A DNA stretch of 32,000 bases from Edaphobacter aggregans (GTDB taxonomy: Bacteria > Acidobacteriota > Terriglobia > Terriglobales > Acidobacteriaceae): assembly GCF_003945235.1 (NCBI RefSeq), contig NZ_RSDW01000001.1:4140001-4172000 (forward strand). The letters are read 5' to 3'. The position numbers and the translations under genes were made by a program. Under the pieces are notes generated by a model. It was not told where the DNA came from. It did not search any database and saw only the letters and a list, made by a program, of their open reading frames with translations. Of the stretch, positions 1-8,302 are shown one piece after another. Position 1 is the stretch's first letter. Each line of letters begins with the position of its first letter.

Positions 1-127
1 CCGCATAAGTCAAATCGCGACGACGCATCCACCAATGAAATTCCCCGGAAAGGTCATTGACGACCTCGTTCCCGCTGCGTACCCTTCGGCAAGAAAGCAG
101 TCAGCAGCTCTCAAGGAGACCCACCCC

Positions 128-442
128 ATGCTCAAGCTTCGCCACAAAATTCTCGCAGCCGCTCTCCTCTTCACCTCCCCCATCTTCACCGTAGCCCAGA
201 CCGCTCCCCCGACTCCCAAGACCCCCGCGCCAGCAGCCGCCACCGGCCTCCTCGACATCAACACCGCCAACCCCGACCAGCTCAAAGCCCTCCCGGGCAT
301 CGGCGACGCCTACGCCAAGCGCATCATCGACAATCGCCCCTTCACCAGCAAAGACCAGCTCGCCAGCAAGGGCATCATCCCCCAGAAGACCTACGACGGC
401 ATCAAGAACCTCATCATCGCCAAGCACGCGCCGTCCAAGTAA
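128..442 (+). CDS. Secreted ComEA-like helix-hairpin-helix DNA-binding protein
   Basis: ORF 35..442. I prefer the ATG at 128, which has AAGGAG at 113-118 and is followed by a signal-peptide-like MLKLRHKILAAALLFTSPIFTVAQ. The C-terminal LLDINTANPDQLKALPGIGDAYAKRIIDNRPF...GI matches the ComEA/HhH pattern. Confidence 0.8.
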   Translation: MLKLRHKILAAALLFTSPIFTVAQTAPPTPKTPAPAAATGLLDINTANPDQLKALPGIGDAYAKRIIDNRPFTSKDQLASKGIIPQKTYDGIKNLIIAKHAPSK

Positions 443-514
443 CCAAAACAATCTCTGCCACACCCACAAGGCTGACTGCTACCATGCAGCCAGCCTTTGT
501 CTTGCCATCTTCCT

Positions 515-3112
515 ATGCTGCAACGATCGGCTCGCCTCCAATATCTCCTTCTCGCAATCGTGGCGTTCTTCGCGCTCACGCACCTCTACCTGGGTTTCAA
601 GCAGAACTTCTATACCCAGGCCAACGGCCGCTACCTCGCTCGCGTACCCTTCTTCGGTAACACTCGCGGAGCCACCCTCACCTCCCTTTTGCCCGAGGCC
701 ACAGCCGCCGGACTCAAGGCAGACGACACCATCCTCACCGTGAATGGCCGCCCCTTCACCGGCAACATAGTCCTGTCGCAGGAAGTCCGTCACAGCCAGC
801 CAAACCAGCTCCTCGACGTCACCTTCGTCCGCCCCGGCAACTCCGCACCGTCGCACGCGAGCATCGTCCTCGCGCCCATCCACACGCAGGCCACTACCCT
901 CTGGGGCTGGATCGTCCTCACCGTCATCTCCCTCCTGGCCGCCTTCTGCCTCTTCACGGGTCTCTACGTCGTTCTGGCGAAACCCCGCAACCCGCACGCC
1001 TGGCTCATCCTCGGCATACTAGGCTATTTCGACGCTCTCTTTGTCTCGCCCTCCTCGCTACACGGCCCGCTGGTGCCCATCGCCATTATCTGGTCCGTGA
1101 TATCGCAGACCGCCATGCCCCTCTGCCTCATGGGCTTCGGCATCTACTTCCCCGATCGGTCGACGATCGACATCCGTTTCCCCTGGATCAAGTGGCTCTT
1201 TGTCCTTCTCATCGTTTCGCTCATGCCGTTCGATATGTTGCAGTTGTTCGGTCACAACTACAACTTCGCCCTGGTGCGCTGGTTAGACCCCTATCTGAAC
1301 CGCATCTTCGCCATCGATACCATCGCCAGCTTCCTCGCCATCTGCTACTTCTTCATCTGCCTCCTCCCGCGAATCCGCACCGCCACCGGCGACGCTCGCC
1401 GCCGCCTTCGCATCCTCTACCTCGGAACCTCCATCGGCCTCGCACCATTCTTCGTCCTCCTCTTCATCGCTATCGTCCGCAAGACCGACGTCGGCGCGGC
1501 CATGCCCGAGTGGATCGTTCTCACCATCGTGGGAATCCTCTTCCTCTTCCCCCTCACCCTCGCCTACGTCGTCGTCGTCCAGCGCGCCATGGACGTCCGC
1601 ATTCTCATCCGACAGGGCACCAAATACTTCTTCGCCCGCCAATCCATCGTCATCGTCTCCATCCTGCTCACCACTTGGATGGCCTACAACATCAGCCGCT
1701 TCTTCTCGAGCTCCGGCCACCACCGCGTCGTCGACGTCGTCCGCATCTTCGGTATCATCGCCCTCTTCTTCGCCTTCCGCTTCGTCTTCTCCAAACGCCT
1801 TCAGCAAAGAATCGACCAGCGCTTCTTCCGCGAGGCCTACTCCACCGAGCAGGTCCTCTCCGAAATCTCCGACGAAGCCCGAACCTTCACCGAGGTCGCC
1901 CCACTCCTCAACACCATCACCCAGCGCATCGGCGACACCCTCCACGTCGACCGTATCGCCGTCTTCCTTCGCTCCGGCGACACCTACCACCTCCAGCTAG
2001 CTACCGGAGCTCCTCTCGCCGCCAGCTTCACCCTCCCAGCCACATCCACCACCATCACCACGCTCACTCGCGGCCGCTCCCCCGCCAACGTCTACCGCGA
2101 CGACCCCTCCAGCTGGCTCGTCGATGCATCCGAAGCCGAGCGCACCGCCCTCGCTGACCTCTCAACCGAACTCCTCGTCCCCCTCCCCGGTCGCAAAAAC
2201 CTCGCCGGCGTCATGGCCCTCGGCCCCAAGCGGTCAGAAGAGCCCTACTCCCGCACCGACCGCCAGCTCCTCCAGTCCATCGCCTCGCAAACCGGCCTCG
2301 CCCTCGAGAACGCCGAACTACTCGAACACCTCACCACCGAAATCTCCCATCGCGAACGCATCTCCCGCGAGATGGAGATCGCTCGCGAGGTGCAGGAGCG
2401 CCTCTACCCCCAGGTCTACCCCAACCTCCCCGGCATCGACCTAGCCGGCTTCTGCCGCCCAGCCCAGGCCGTAGGCGGCGACTACTACGACTTCTTCATC
2501 CTCCCTCCATACCGCGGCGACGAAGAGCGCCTCGCCCTCGCCCTCGGCGACATCTCCGGCAAAGGCATCTCCGCCGCTCTCCTCATGGCGAGCCTCCGCG
2601 CCAGCCTCCGCAGCGCCGCTCAACTCCAACCCGGAGACCTGGCCACCCTCATGCGCCACGTCAACCGCCTCGTCTACGAGTCCTCCACCACCAATCGCTA
2701 CGCCACCTTCTTCTACGCCGAACTAGACCCCGAAACCCGCGTCCTCACCTACGTCAACGCCGGCCACAACCCACCCCTCGTCCTCCGAGGCACCGAGACC
2801 ATCCCTCTCGAAGCCACCGGCACCGTCATCGGCCTAATCCCCAACGTCGTGTACACCCGCTCTGCCGTCCGCCTCCAACCCGGAGACGTCCTCATAGCCT
2901 TCACCGACGGCATCTCCGAAGCCATGAACGCCGCCGAAGAAGAGTGGGGCGAAGCCAACATGGTCGCCGCCGCCCAAACCCTGCTAACCCAACCCGCCTG
3001 CTCCACCACCGCCCAGCAACTCATCACCTGCATAGTCCAGGCCGCCGACCGTTTCACCGCCGGAGCCCCCCAGCACGACGACATGACACTCCTGATCTGC
3101 GCCATCCACTGA
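515..3112 (+). CDS. Membrane sensor phosphatase: PDZ-like domain, polytopic membrane region, GAF-like domain, SpoIIE/PP2C phosphatase domain
   Basis: ORF 497..3112 (TTG at 497; first ATG at 515 chosen; start uncertain). PDZ-like segment GLKADDTILTVNGRPF...VTFVRPG after the first hydrophobic helix. Many hydrophobic helices follow. GAF-like HVDRIAVFLR...LLVPLPGRKNLAGVMALGPK. PP2C/SpoIIE motifs GGDYYDFF, GDISGKGISAALLMA, AGHNPP, FTDGISEA, DDMTLL. Confidence 0.85.
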   Translation: MLQRSARLQYLLLAIVAFFALTHLYLGFKQNFYTQANGRYLARVPFFGNTRGATLTSLLPEATAAGLKADDTILTVNGRPFTGNIVLSQEVRHSQPNQLLDVTFVRPGNSAPSHASIVLAPIHTQATTLWGWIVLTVISLLAAFCLFTGLYVVLAKPRNPHAWLILGILGYFDALFVSPSSLHGPLVPIAIIWSVISQTAMPLCLMGFGIYFPDRSTIDIRFPWIKWLFVLLIVSLMPFDMLQLFGHNYNFALVRWLDPYLNRIFAIDTIASFLAICYFFICLLPRIRTATGDARRRLRILYLGTSIGLAPFFVLLFIAIVRKTDVGAAMPEWIVLTIVGILFLFPLTLAYVVVVQRAMDVRILIRQGTKYFFARQSIVIVSILLTTWMAYNISRFFSSSGHHRVVDVVRIFGIIALFFAFRFVFSKRLQQRIDQRFFREAYSTEQVLSEISDEARTFTEVAPLLNTITQRIGDTLHVDRIAVFLRSGDTYHLQLATGAPLAASFTLPATSTTITTLTRGRSPANVYRDDPSSWLVDASEAERTALADLSTELLVPLPGRKNLAGVMALGPKRSEEPYSRTDRQLLQSIASQTGLALENAELLEHLTTEISHRERISREMEIAREVQERLYPQVYPNLPGIDLAGFCRPAQAVGGDYYDFFILPPYRGDEERLALALGDISGKGISAALLMASLRASLRSAAQLQPGDLATLMRHVNRLVYESSTTNRYATFFYAELDPETRVLTYVNAGHNPPLVLRGTETIPLEATGTVIGLIPNVVYTRSAVRLQPGDVLIAFTDGISEAMNAAEEEWGEANMVAAAQTLLTQPACSTTAQQLITCIVQAADRFTAGAPQHDDMTLLICAIH

Positions 3113-3140
3113 TCCATACACCAATCCGCAGCACATCGCA

Positions 3141-3205
3141 GTTGCCCTTGCAGTTGCTTTTCTTGCTTGTCCCCCCGAAGGGGATCTGCTTCTATTGCTT
3201 TACCG
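3141..3205. repeat. T/G-rich intergenic repeat containing the core CGAAGGGGATCTGCT (same family as 7640-7800)
   Basis: The 15-nt core CGAAGGGGATCTGCT at 3176-3190 is identical to 7747-7761. The flanks are also similar (TTTCTTGCTTGTCC.. / ..TCTATTGCTTTACCG versus TTTCTTTTTTGTCATCC.. / ..GCTATTGCTTTGCCG). It lies between the convergent stops at 3112 and 3200. Confidence 0.7.
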
Positions 3206-4426
3206 AAGCCCAACCCGCCGAACCACCCCCAACCCAGGCACAGTCATGGCCGTAGTCACCACCGCCATCAAAACAAAAACCGTAAACAACAAAGGACTAA
3301 GAATCCCTTCCCTATACCCAATATTCAGCACCACCAATTCCACCAGCCCACGAGTATTCATCAAAACCCCAATCTCCGCCGAGCTCCTCCACGACATCCC
3401 ACTCACCCGAGCCCCCAGCGCCGACCCGCCAACCTTCCCCACCACCGCCACCACCAGCACCACAGCCAGCCAGCCCATCGCACTCTGCGAAAACATCTCC
3501 CGCTGCGCCCGCAGCCCCGTCATCGCAAAGAACAGCGGCAAGCCCACCGCAATCAAAGGCTGCAGCACACGTTCCGAACCCTCCTCCAGAGCCTTCGTCC
3601 ACGGCACGCAAACACCCGCCAGAAACGCCCCAAAGAAAGCATGCACCCCCAGCATCTCCGTTACCCGTGCACTCACAAACGCCACAGCAACGATCCCCAC
3701 AACCCAAACCCAAAGCGGCCCGCGCCCCGCCACACGAGCAGCCATCGGCCTTGCACCAAACAACATCACCCCCACAAACCCCGCCAGCAACGCCAGACGG
3801 CCCATCACCCCCGCCAGCCCACCACCCCGCACAATCTCCAGAATCACCGCCAGTAGCGCCCACGCCGCAACGTCATTGCCCGCCGCACACACCAGCGCAA
3901 TCGAAGCTGTCCCCGGATCAACCGCTCTCCCCGTCCCCCGCCGTTCCTGAATAATCCGTGCCAGCACCGGCAGCGCCGTTATGCTCATCGCGATCCCCAC
4001 AAACAACACAAATCCCACCCGCGACACACCCTCCGCTCGTGGCAACATCCCCGCCAGTCCCACCCCAAGGACGAACGGCACCGCAATACTCCCCACCGTA
4101 ATCGCCAGCGAACCCTTGCCGCCCGCGAGCTCCGTATCCACCTCAGCCCCAATCATCATCAGAAACAGCACCAGCCCCACATAGCTCACCATCTCCAGCC
4201 CTTGCAAACACCCAGGCGGAAACACTCTCGCCGAAGCAGCAGGGAAGTAATGCCCAAAGACCAGCGGCCCCAGCAGCAACCCACCTGCAATCTCACCCAC
4301 CACCCGAGGCTGACCCACTCGCCCCAGCACCCACCCGCAGACCTTTGTGACCGCAAGGATCATCGCAATCTGCACCGCCACCAGCACGATTTCTCCGACA
4401 AACCCACCAGCCGGGCACCCCATCAT
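3200..4426 (-). CDS. Cation:proton antiporter, CPA2 / Na_H_Exchanger family
   Basis: 408-aa ORF with more than 10 hydrophobic helices. The N-terminal GQPRVVGEIAGGLLLGP signature is typical of Kef-like CPA2 exchangers; no C-terminal TrkA-N/KTN domain is seen. Its ATG overlaps the stop of the upstream ORF (ATGA at 4426-4423). Confidence 0.85.
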   Translation of the reverse strand: MMGCPAGGFVGEIVLVAVQIAMILAVTKVCGWVLGRVGQPRVVGEIAGGLLLGPLVFGHYFPAASARVFPPGCLQGLEMVSYVGLVLFLMMIGAEVDTELAGGKGSLAITVGSIAVPFVLGVGLAGMLPRAEGVSRVGFVLFVGIAMSITALPVLARIIQERRGTGRAVDPGTASIALVCAAGNDVAAWALLAVILEIVRGGGLAGVMGRLALLAGFVGVMLFGARPMAARVAGRGPLWVWVVGIVAVAFVSARVTEMLGVHAFFGAFLAGVCVPWTKALEEGSERVLQPLIAVGLPLFFAMTGLRAQREMFSQSAMGWLAVVLVVAVVGKVGGSALGARVSGMSWRSSAEIGVLMNTRGLVELVVLNIGYREGILSPLLFTVFVLMAVVTTAMTVPGLGVVRRVGLR

Positions 4427-4938
4427 CCCGACCGCCCCCGCTGTCGTCGCGCCTCAACCACAATCACCAGCTCCGTCACCAGCAGGATCAGCCCTAACGG
4501 AGCGATACGTGCGGCCACTGCCGCCGGCCACCCCATCTTCAGATCAAAATGCTCATCCAGCACCCAGAGCATGATCCCTGCTACCAGCAGAATCGACCCA
4601 CCCCATCGCCTGAACCTCGCCGATATCTCGCTCTCGCCCTTATACTGCGTGCCCCGAATCTCCCGCACCGGCTGTCCAGCCAACCCATGCTGATCGTAGA
4701 TCCGGCATCGCAACGCAGGATCCTCCGCCACCTTCGCAGCAGCATGAGCTTTCGCCTCCGCCAGCGACCCGAACACCGTGCAAGCCGGCACCCCACCGCC
4801 GCTTTCGTCCTCTCGACCCACCACCCGAGGCTGTGTACCCGAGTACAAAACCGCATACTCCCCCGGGGCCATCCTTTCATTCCAGTTCTGCGGACGAGCC
4901 TCAGGATCAAACAACAGCAGCACACGTGGTTCGGACAT
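4423..4938 (-). CDS. Hypothetical protein: about 110-aa soluble N-terminal domain plus two C-terminal TM helices
   Basis: 171-aa ORF with coding-like composition. The C-terminal hydrophobic stretches are WGGSILLVAGIMLWVL and IAPLGLILLVTELVIVV. It has a 4-nt overlap with the antiporter start. I recognise no family. Confidence 0.6.
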   Translation of the reverse strand: MSEPRVLLLFDPEARPQNWNERMAPGEYAVLYSGTQPRVVGREDESGGGVPACTVFGSLAEAKAHAAAKVAEDPALRCRIYDQHGLAGQPVREIRGTQYKGESEISARFRRWGGSILLVAGIMLWVLDEHFDLKMGWPAAVAARIAPLGLILLVTELVIVVEARRQRGRSG

Positions 4939-5019
4939 CGGGCAAGTATATCAACGCACTAAACTCCACCCATTTACCACGCTTGCCCAGCAATTCTCCA
5001 CCAACAAACCACCAAAAAC

Positions 5020-6276
5020 CTACCTCAAATCCATCACCACAATCCGCCCATCCGAGTGAAAACTCCCCCCCGTAGCCGTCCTAGCCTCAAGCATAGGATT
5101 ATCCGGACTCACATAAGCCGCGCTAGAAAAAACGCCCGCCGCATCAAAGCTCTGCAGCAAATAATCCCGCTCTTTATCGATCTCCGGATCGATCTTATGC
5201 GTCACCTTCCCATTCCGCTGATCCTTCTCAAACCCAATATCATGCGTCGAAGACCCCACCCAAACCGGCCGCCCACCGATCACCTTGTCCGTCTTCCAAA
5301 CCCGCAGATGATGCCGCTCTGCCGCCACCATCAACGGGTCCGCCCGCGCATACGACATATCCTGCGGTCGCCCGAATAAGTACAACGTACTCATAGGCAT
5401 AGCCGTATAAGCCTCCTTATTCAGAGTAGCCATCAACCCACTCACAATCGCATCCTGCACCGACTTATCCACCGTCACCCACCCCGCTGCCTTGAAAGCC
5501 GCCACCACCTGGTCCTGAGTCCCCACCATGGCAAAATTAACCATGTCCCCTTCATTCCCCCCAACAGCCGCCTGATCCGTAACCCGCCGCGGAACATCAG
5601 CAAACGTAGCCGCCGAAACCAGCGAACTCACCGGCGTAACCGGTGCAGTCGAGACAGCACTAGCAGCCTTCACCGCCGGGGCAAACTTCACCTTCACCGT
5701 AAAACTCCCCGAAGCCGTCAGATCGCTACTCACATTCGCCCGCAGATAAAGCGTCCCACTCGTCGGCATCGTCACATTGCCATTAGCTCCAATCGAGAAG
5801 GGAACTGAAGCCCCCATATCGCTCACCCGCCCAATCAGCGCACCCACAGGAGCCTGGTTCAGCGGAAACTGCCGCAACAGATCCTTCCATCCTCTCGCCA
5901 ACCCATCCGGCCCCGTCTCACGCGCATCCGACAACGTAAAGCTCCCCGTCGCCGTAAAGTTCGCCGTCTCGCCCGCGCCCAGCACAACGCCCGTATCCAG
6001 CCACTCCCCGTCCTTCAGCGTGAACTCATAGTTCTGCTTATGCGCCGGAACAGCAGCCGCGCTGATCACCGGCTTGTCCCGCATACTCACTACCGCTTCC
6101 ACCCGCGGACCCACCCGAACCGTACTCACCGGAGCCGTCGGAACAGCCGTCGCCGTCGTCGAACCCGTCTGCTCTCCCGAAACCGCGCCAACGTCCAGTA
6201 TCAACACCAGTACAACACCCCTGATCCCCCAAAGGTGTCGTCGCCTATCCACTGGAAATCGTTTAGAGTGTTTCAT
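5020..6276 (-). CDS. Secreted LssY-like C-terminal domain protein
   Basis: ORF 5020..6444. I prefer the ATG at 6276 (MKHSKRFPVDRRRHLWGIRGVVLVLILDVGAVSG, signal-like). The C-terminal region VNFAMVGTQDQVVAAFKAAGW...STLYLFGRPQDMSYARAD...ERHHLRVWKT...THDIGFEKD resembles the LssY_C family as I remember it. The middle part is a beta-rich domain. Confidence 0.7.
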   Translation of the reverse strand: MKHSKRFPVDRRRHLWGIRGVVLVLILDVGAVSGEQTGSTTATAVPTAPVSTVRVGPRVEAVVSMRDKPVISAAAVPAHKQNYEFTLKDGEWLDTGVVLGAGETANFTATGSFTLSDARETGPDGLARGWKDLLRQFPLNQAPVGALIGRVSDMGASVPFSIGANGNVTMPTSGTLYLRANVSSDLTASGSFTVKVKFAPAVKAASAVSTAPVTPVSSLVSAATFADVPRRVTDQAAVGGNEGDMVNFAMVGTQDQVVAAFKAAGWVTVDKSVQDAIVSGLMATLNKEAYTAMPMSTLYLFGRPQDMSYARADPLMVAAERHHLRVWKTDKVIGGRPVWVGSSTHDIGFEKDQRNGKVTHKIDPEIDKERDYLLQSFDAAGVFSSAAYVSPDNPMLEARTATGGSFHSDGRIVVMDLR

Positions 6277-6319
6277 ATCAATGTCCTTTATTAAGACGCT
6301 GAACCTGGGCCAACGGCTT

Positions 6320-7060
6320 ATGTCATTCACCAATCTCGTCCGCAAAGCCGCTTGTTTCGCAGCCGTCGCCTCCGTTACCGTTGCACTCTCCGGCTGCCAG
6401 GGCATCGTCAACAGTCCAACGATGTCCCAGGTCCGCATCATCAACGCCTCGCCGGACGCGCCCGGCCTCGATATCTATCAAAATTCTGCCATTATCGCCA
6501 GCAACCTCGGCTTCGGCTCCATTACATCCTACGTCCCCATCGATCCCGGGACCTACACGACCACTGCCAACGCCTTCGGAACCAAACAGGCTCTCTCCTC
6601 TTCCAAGACGACCTTCGTCACCGCCAACCAGTACACCGTGCTCATCGGAAACGTAGCCGCCAGCCTGCAGCAACTCACCCTTAAGGACCAAAGCCAGGCC
6701 GCTCCCTCCGGCCAGATCGCTCTCCGCTTCATCGACCAGGCCACCCGCATCGCCGCTGTCGATGTTTATCTCATCCCCTCCGGTTCGAAGCTCACCGACG
6801 TCACGCCTGTCTACACCAATCTCAGCTTCGGTATCAACACGGGCTACCTCAACATCCCCGTCGGCACCTATAGCCTCGCCATGGTGCCCACCGGAACGAT
6901 CCCCACCAGCACCACAGTGCTCACCTACAGTGGACCTCAGGTCACCTACACCTCCGGTTCGGCCAGCACCGTTATCCTGATCGATCAACAACTCCTCACC
7001 ACCCCCGGCCTCCAGGTCATCACCGCCCCGGACTACGTCTCGCCCACCGCTACAAGCTAG
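6320..7060 (+). CDS. Lipoprotein with DUF4397-like repeats
   Basis: ORF 6074..7060. Plausible starts are the ATG at 6320 or 6281. Signal plus lipobox: MSFTNLVRKAACFAAVASVTVALSGC. Repeated RIINASPDAPGLDIY / RFIDQATRIAAVDVY segments resemble DUF4397. It is divergent from the LssY-like gene. Confidence 0.7.
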   Translation: MSFTNLVRKAACFAAVASVTVALSGCQGIVNSPTMSQVRIINASPDAPGLDIYQNSAIIASNLGFGSITSYVPIDPGTYTTTANAFGTKQALSSSKTTFVTANQYTVLIGNVAASLQQLTLKDQSQAAPSGQIALRFIDQATRIAAVDVYLIPSGSKLTDVTPVYTNLSFGINTGYLNIPVGTYSLAMVPTGTIPTSTTVLTYSGPQVTYTSGSASTVILIDQQLLTTPGLQVITAPDYVSPTATS

Positions 7061-7215
7061 CCTCTCCCTACACGCCGCCACATCAAAAGTCGCGCCCAAC
7101 GCGAAAAATATACTTCTCGCAACCTCCGCAACACCCACTCAGTCCCTGTGTCTACTCCCACCGTAGGCAACGGCAGAAACATCCAAGCCGAAAAAAGAGA
7201 TACAGGAGCTTCATC

Positions 7216-7554
7216 ATGAACATCACGAAATTCGCACTTGCAGCCACTTTTCTCCTCTCCCCGGTCGTCATTCTTGCACAGGCACCAGCCACCGCACCGA
7301 CGTCAACCACCATCAACCAGCGCAAAGAGAACCAGCAGGACCGCATCGCTCAGGGCGTAAAGAGCGGCCAGCTTACCCCCGGCGAAACCTCAAAACTCGA
7401 GCATCAGGAAGCCGGTATCAACAAGGAAGAGCGTGGCATGCGAGCCCAGGACAACGGTCATCTCACCAAAGGCGACAAGGCCCTCGTCAACAAGCAACAG
7501 AACCAGGAATCCAAGCGTATCTATCGCGACAAGCACAACGCCAAGAAGGCCTAG
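7216..7554 (+). CDS. Small secreted, highly charged (K/Q/E/N-rich) protein
   Basis: 112-aa ORF with AGGAG at 7204-7208. Signal peptide MNITKFALAATFLLSPVVILAQA. The mature part is low complexity and charged. No family assigned. Confidence 0.65.
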   Translation: MNITKFALAATFLLSPVVILAQAPATAPTSTTINQRKENQQDRIAQGVKSGQLTPGETSKLEHQEAGINKEERGMRAQDNGHLTKGDKALVNKQQNQESKRIYRDKHNAKKA

Positions 7555-7574
7555 GAAAAGTGATCCACCGCTCC

Positions 7575-7620
7575 ATCGAATCAATGGCCGCCAGGAAATT
7601 CTCCTGACGGCCATTTCGAT
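7575..7620 (+). terminator. Nested stem-loop downstream of the 7216 gene (possible terminator, no clear T-tract)
   Basis: ATCGAA tc AATGGCCG c CAGGA aattc TCCTG a CGGCCATT TCGAT. It starts 21 nt after the stop codon. Confidence 0.35.
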
Positions 7621-7639
7621 TACGACTGCTACCGTCATT

Positions 7640-7800
7640 GTCGCCGCAGTTGCTGTTTGTTCTTGTGATTGGCTGTTCTTTGGTTGTCATCCGCAAACAT
7701 CTGATCTGCTTCTGCCATGGCTGTTGTCTTTCTTTTTTGTCATCCTCGAAGGGGATCTGCTGTTGTCGTTGCTATTGCTTTGCCGTTGCTTTCGTTGCCC
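7640..7800. repeat. T/G-rich intergenic repeat block with two tandem TTGTCATCC...GATCTGCT units
   Basis: Unit 1 at 7684-7716: TTGTCATCCGCAAACATCTGATCTGCTTCTGCC. Unit 2 at 7737-7769: TTGTCATCCTCGAAGGGGATCTGCTGTTGTCG. The flanks are TTGC/TTGT-rich. It shares a 15-nt core with 3176-3190. Confidence 0.7.
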
Positions 7801-7856
7801 CTTGTATCTGAGGTAGGTCGGTGCATCCCAGGCTGCGAAAGCACGTTTTGCTTAAG

Positions 7857-7913
7857 GGTACGGCTTCAGCCGTGCCACTAGTGTCTCTTTTGCTTGGCGG
7901 CTTCAGCCGCTGA
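7857..7913. repeat. Two REP-like GC hairpins with a TTCA loop
   Basis: ACGGC-TTCA-GCCGT at 7860-7873 and GCGGC-TTCA-GCCGC at 7897-7910, 37 nt apart, in a non-coding region. Confidence 0.6.
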
Positions 7914-8153
7914 GGTCACCCTCTAACTTGGACATCAACATCGCAGCGCAGCGGCCTGCACTCTGGGCCCGAACGAAGTCGAGGGGCCGGAGGGAAGCCC
8001 GAAGGGGTGTGCAACCACCAATATCGCCATCCCCCTTTGTCCGTTTTCCACAAGAGAACCTGTCAATACCCCAATACACATATCCCATTGCCCACCAATG
8101 AGATACCGCTGCCGAACCATTTCATTCAAACCGCTATAATGGATAGAGACAGC

Positions 8154-8195
8154 AAAGGGAAAGGCCTCGGCAAATCGCCGAGGTCTTTCCCTTTT
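8154..8195 (-). terminator. Strong (bidirectional) intrinsic terminator, likely ending the ahcY transcript
   Basis: GGGAAAGGCCTCGGC (8157-8171), loop AAATC, GCCGAGGTCTTTCCC (8177-8191): 15-bp stem with one mismatch. TTTT follows on the plus strand and TTTGCT on the minus strand. Confidence 0.8.
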
Positions 8196-8226
8196 AGAAT
8201 CAATACAAGAATAAGCACTATGAAAT

Positions 8227-8280
8227 GAATGCTTTACAATCTAAGTCCGGACCTAAAGTATCTAAAATCAATACTTTGCC
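8227..8280 (-). repeat. 3'-UTR stem-loop motif copy A1 (8241-8280) plus degenerate copy A2 (8227-8240)
   Basis: Minus-strand reading: GGCAAA|GTATTGATTTTAGATAC|TTTAGG|TCCGGACTTAG, followed by ATTGTAAAGCATTCATTT. It lies between the ahcY stop (8303) and the terminator (8154-8195). See findings. Confidence 0.6.
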
Positions 8281-8302
8281 CACCTTGCGTGGGATAGGGA
8301 TA

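Noticed and set aside
1192-3950. Long ORFs on alternative frames or strands (for example 1192..2157 plus, 1283..1990 minus, 3167..3856 plus, 3195..3950 plus, 3312..3863 minus)
   Set aside because: Their translations are extreme P/R/H- or G/D/E-rich low-complexity sequence. They fully overlap well-supported genes (the phosphatase and the antiporter) and are typical shadow ORFs of skewed high-GC DNA.
8135-8140. Perfect TATAAT hexamer on the plus strand
   Set aside because: There is no acceptable -35 element 16-18 nt upstream, and transcription would run straight into the terminator 20 nt downstream.
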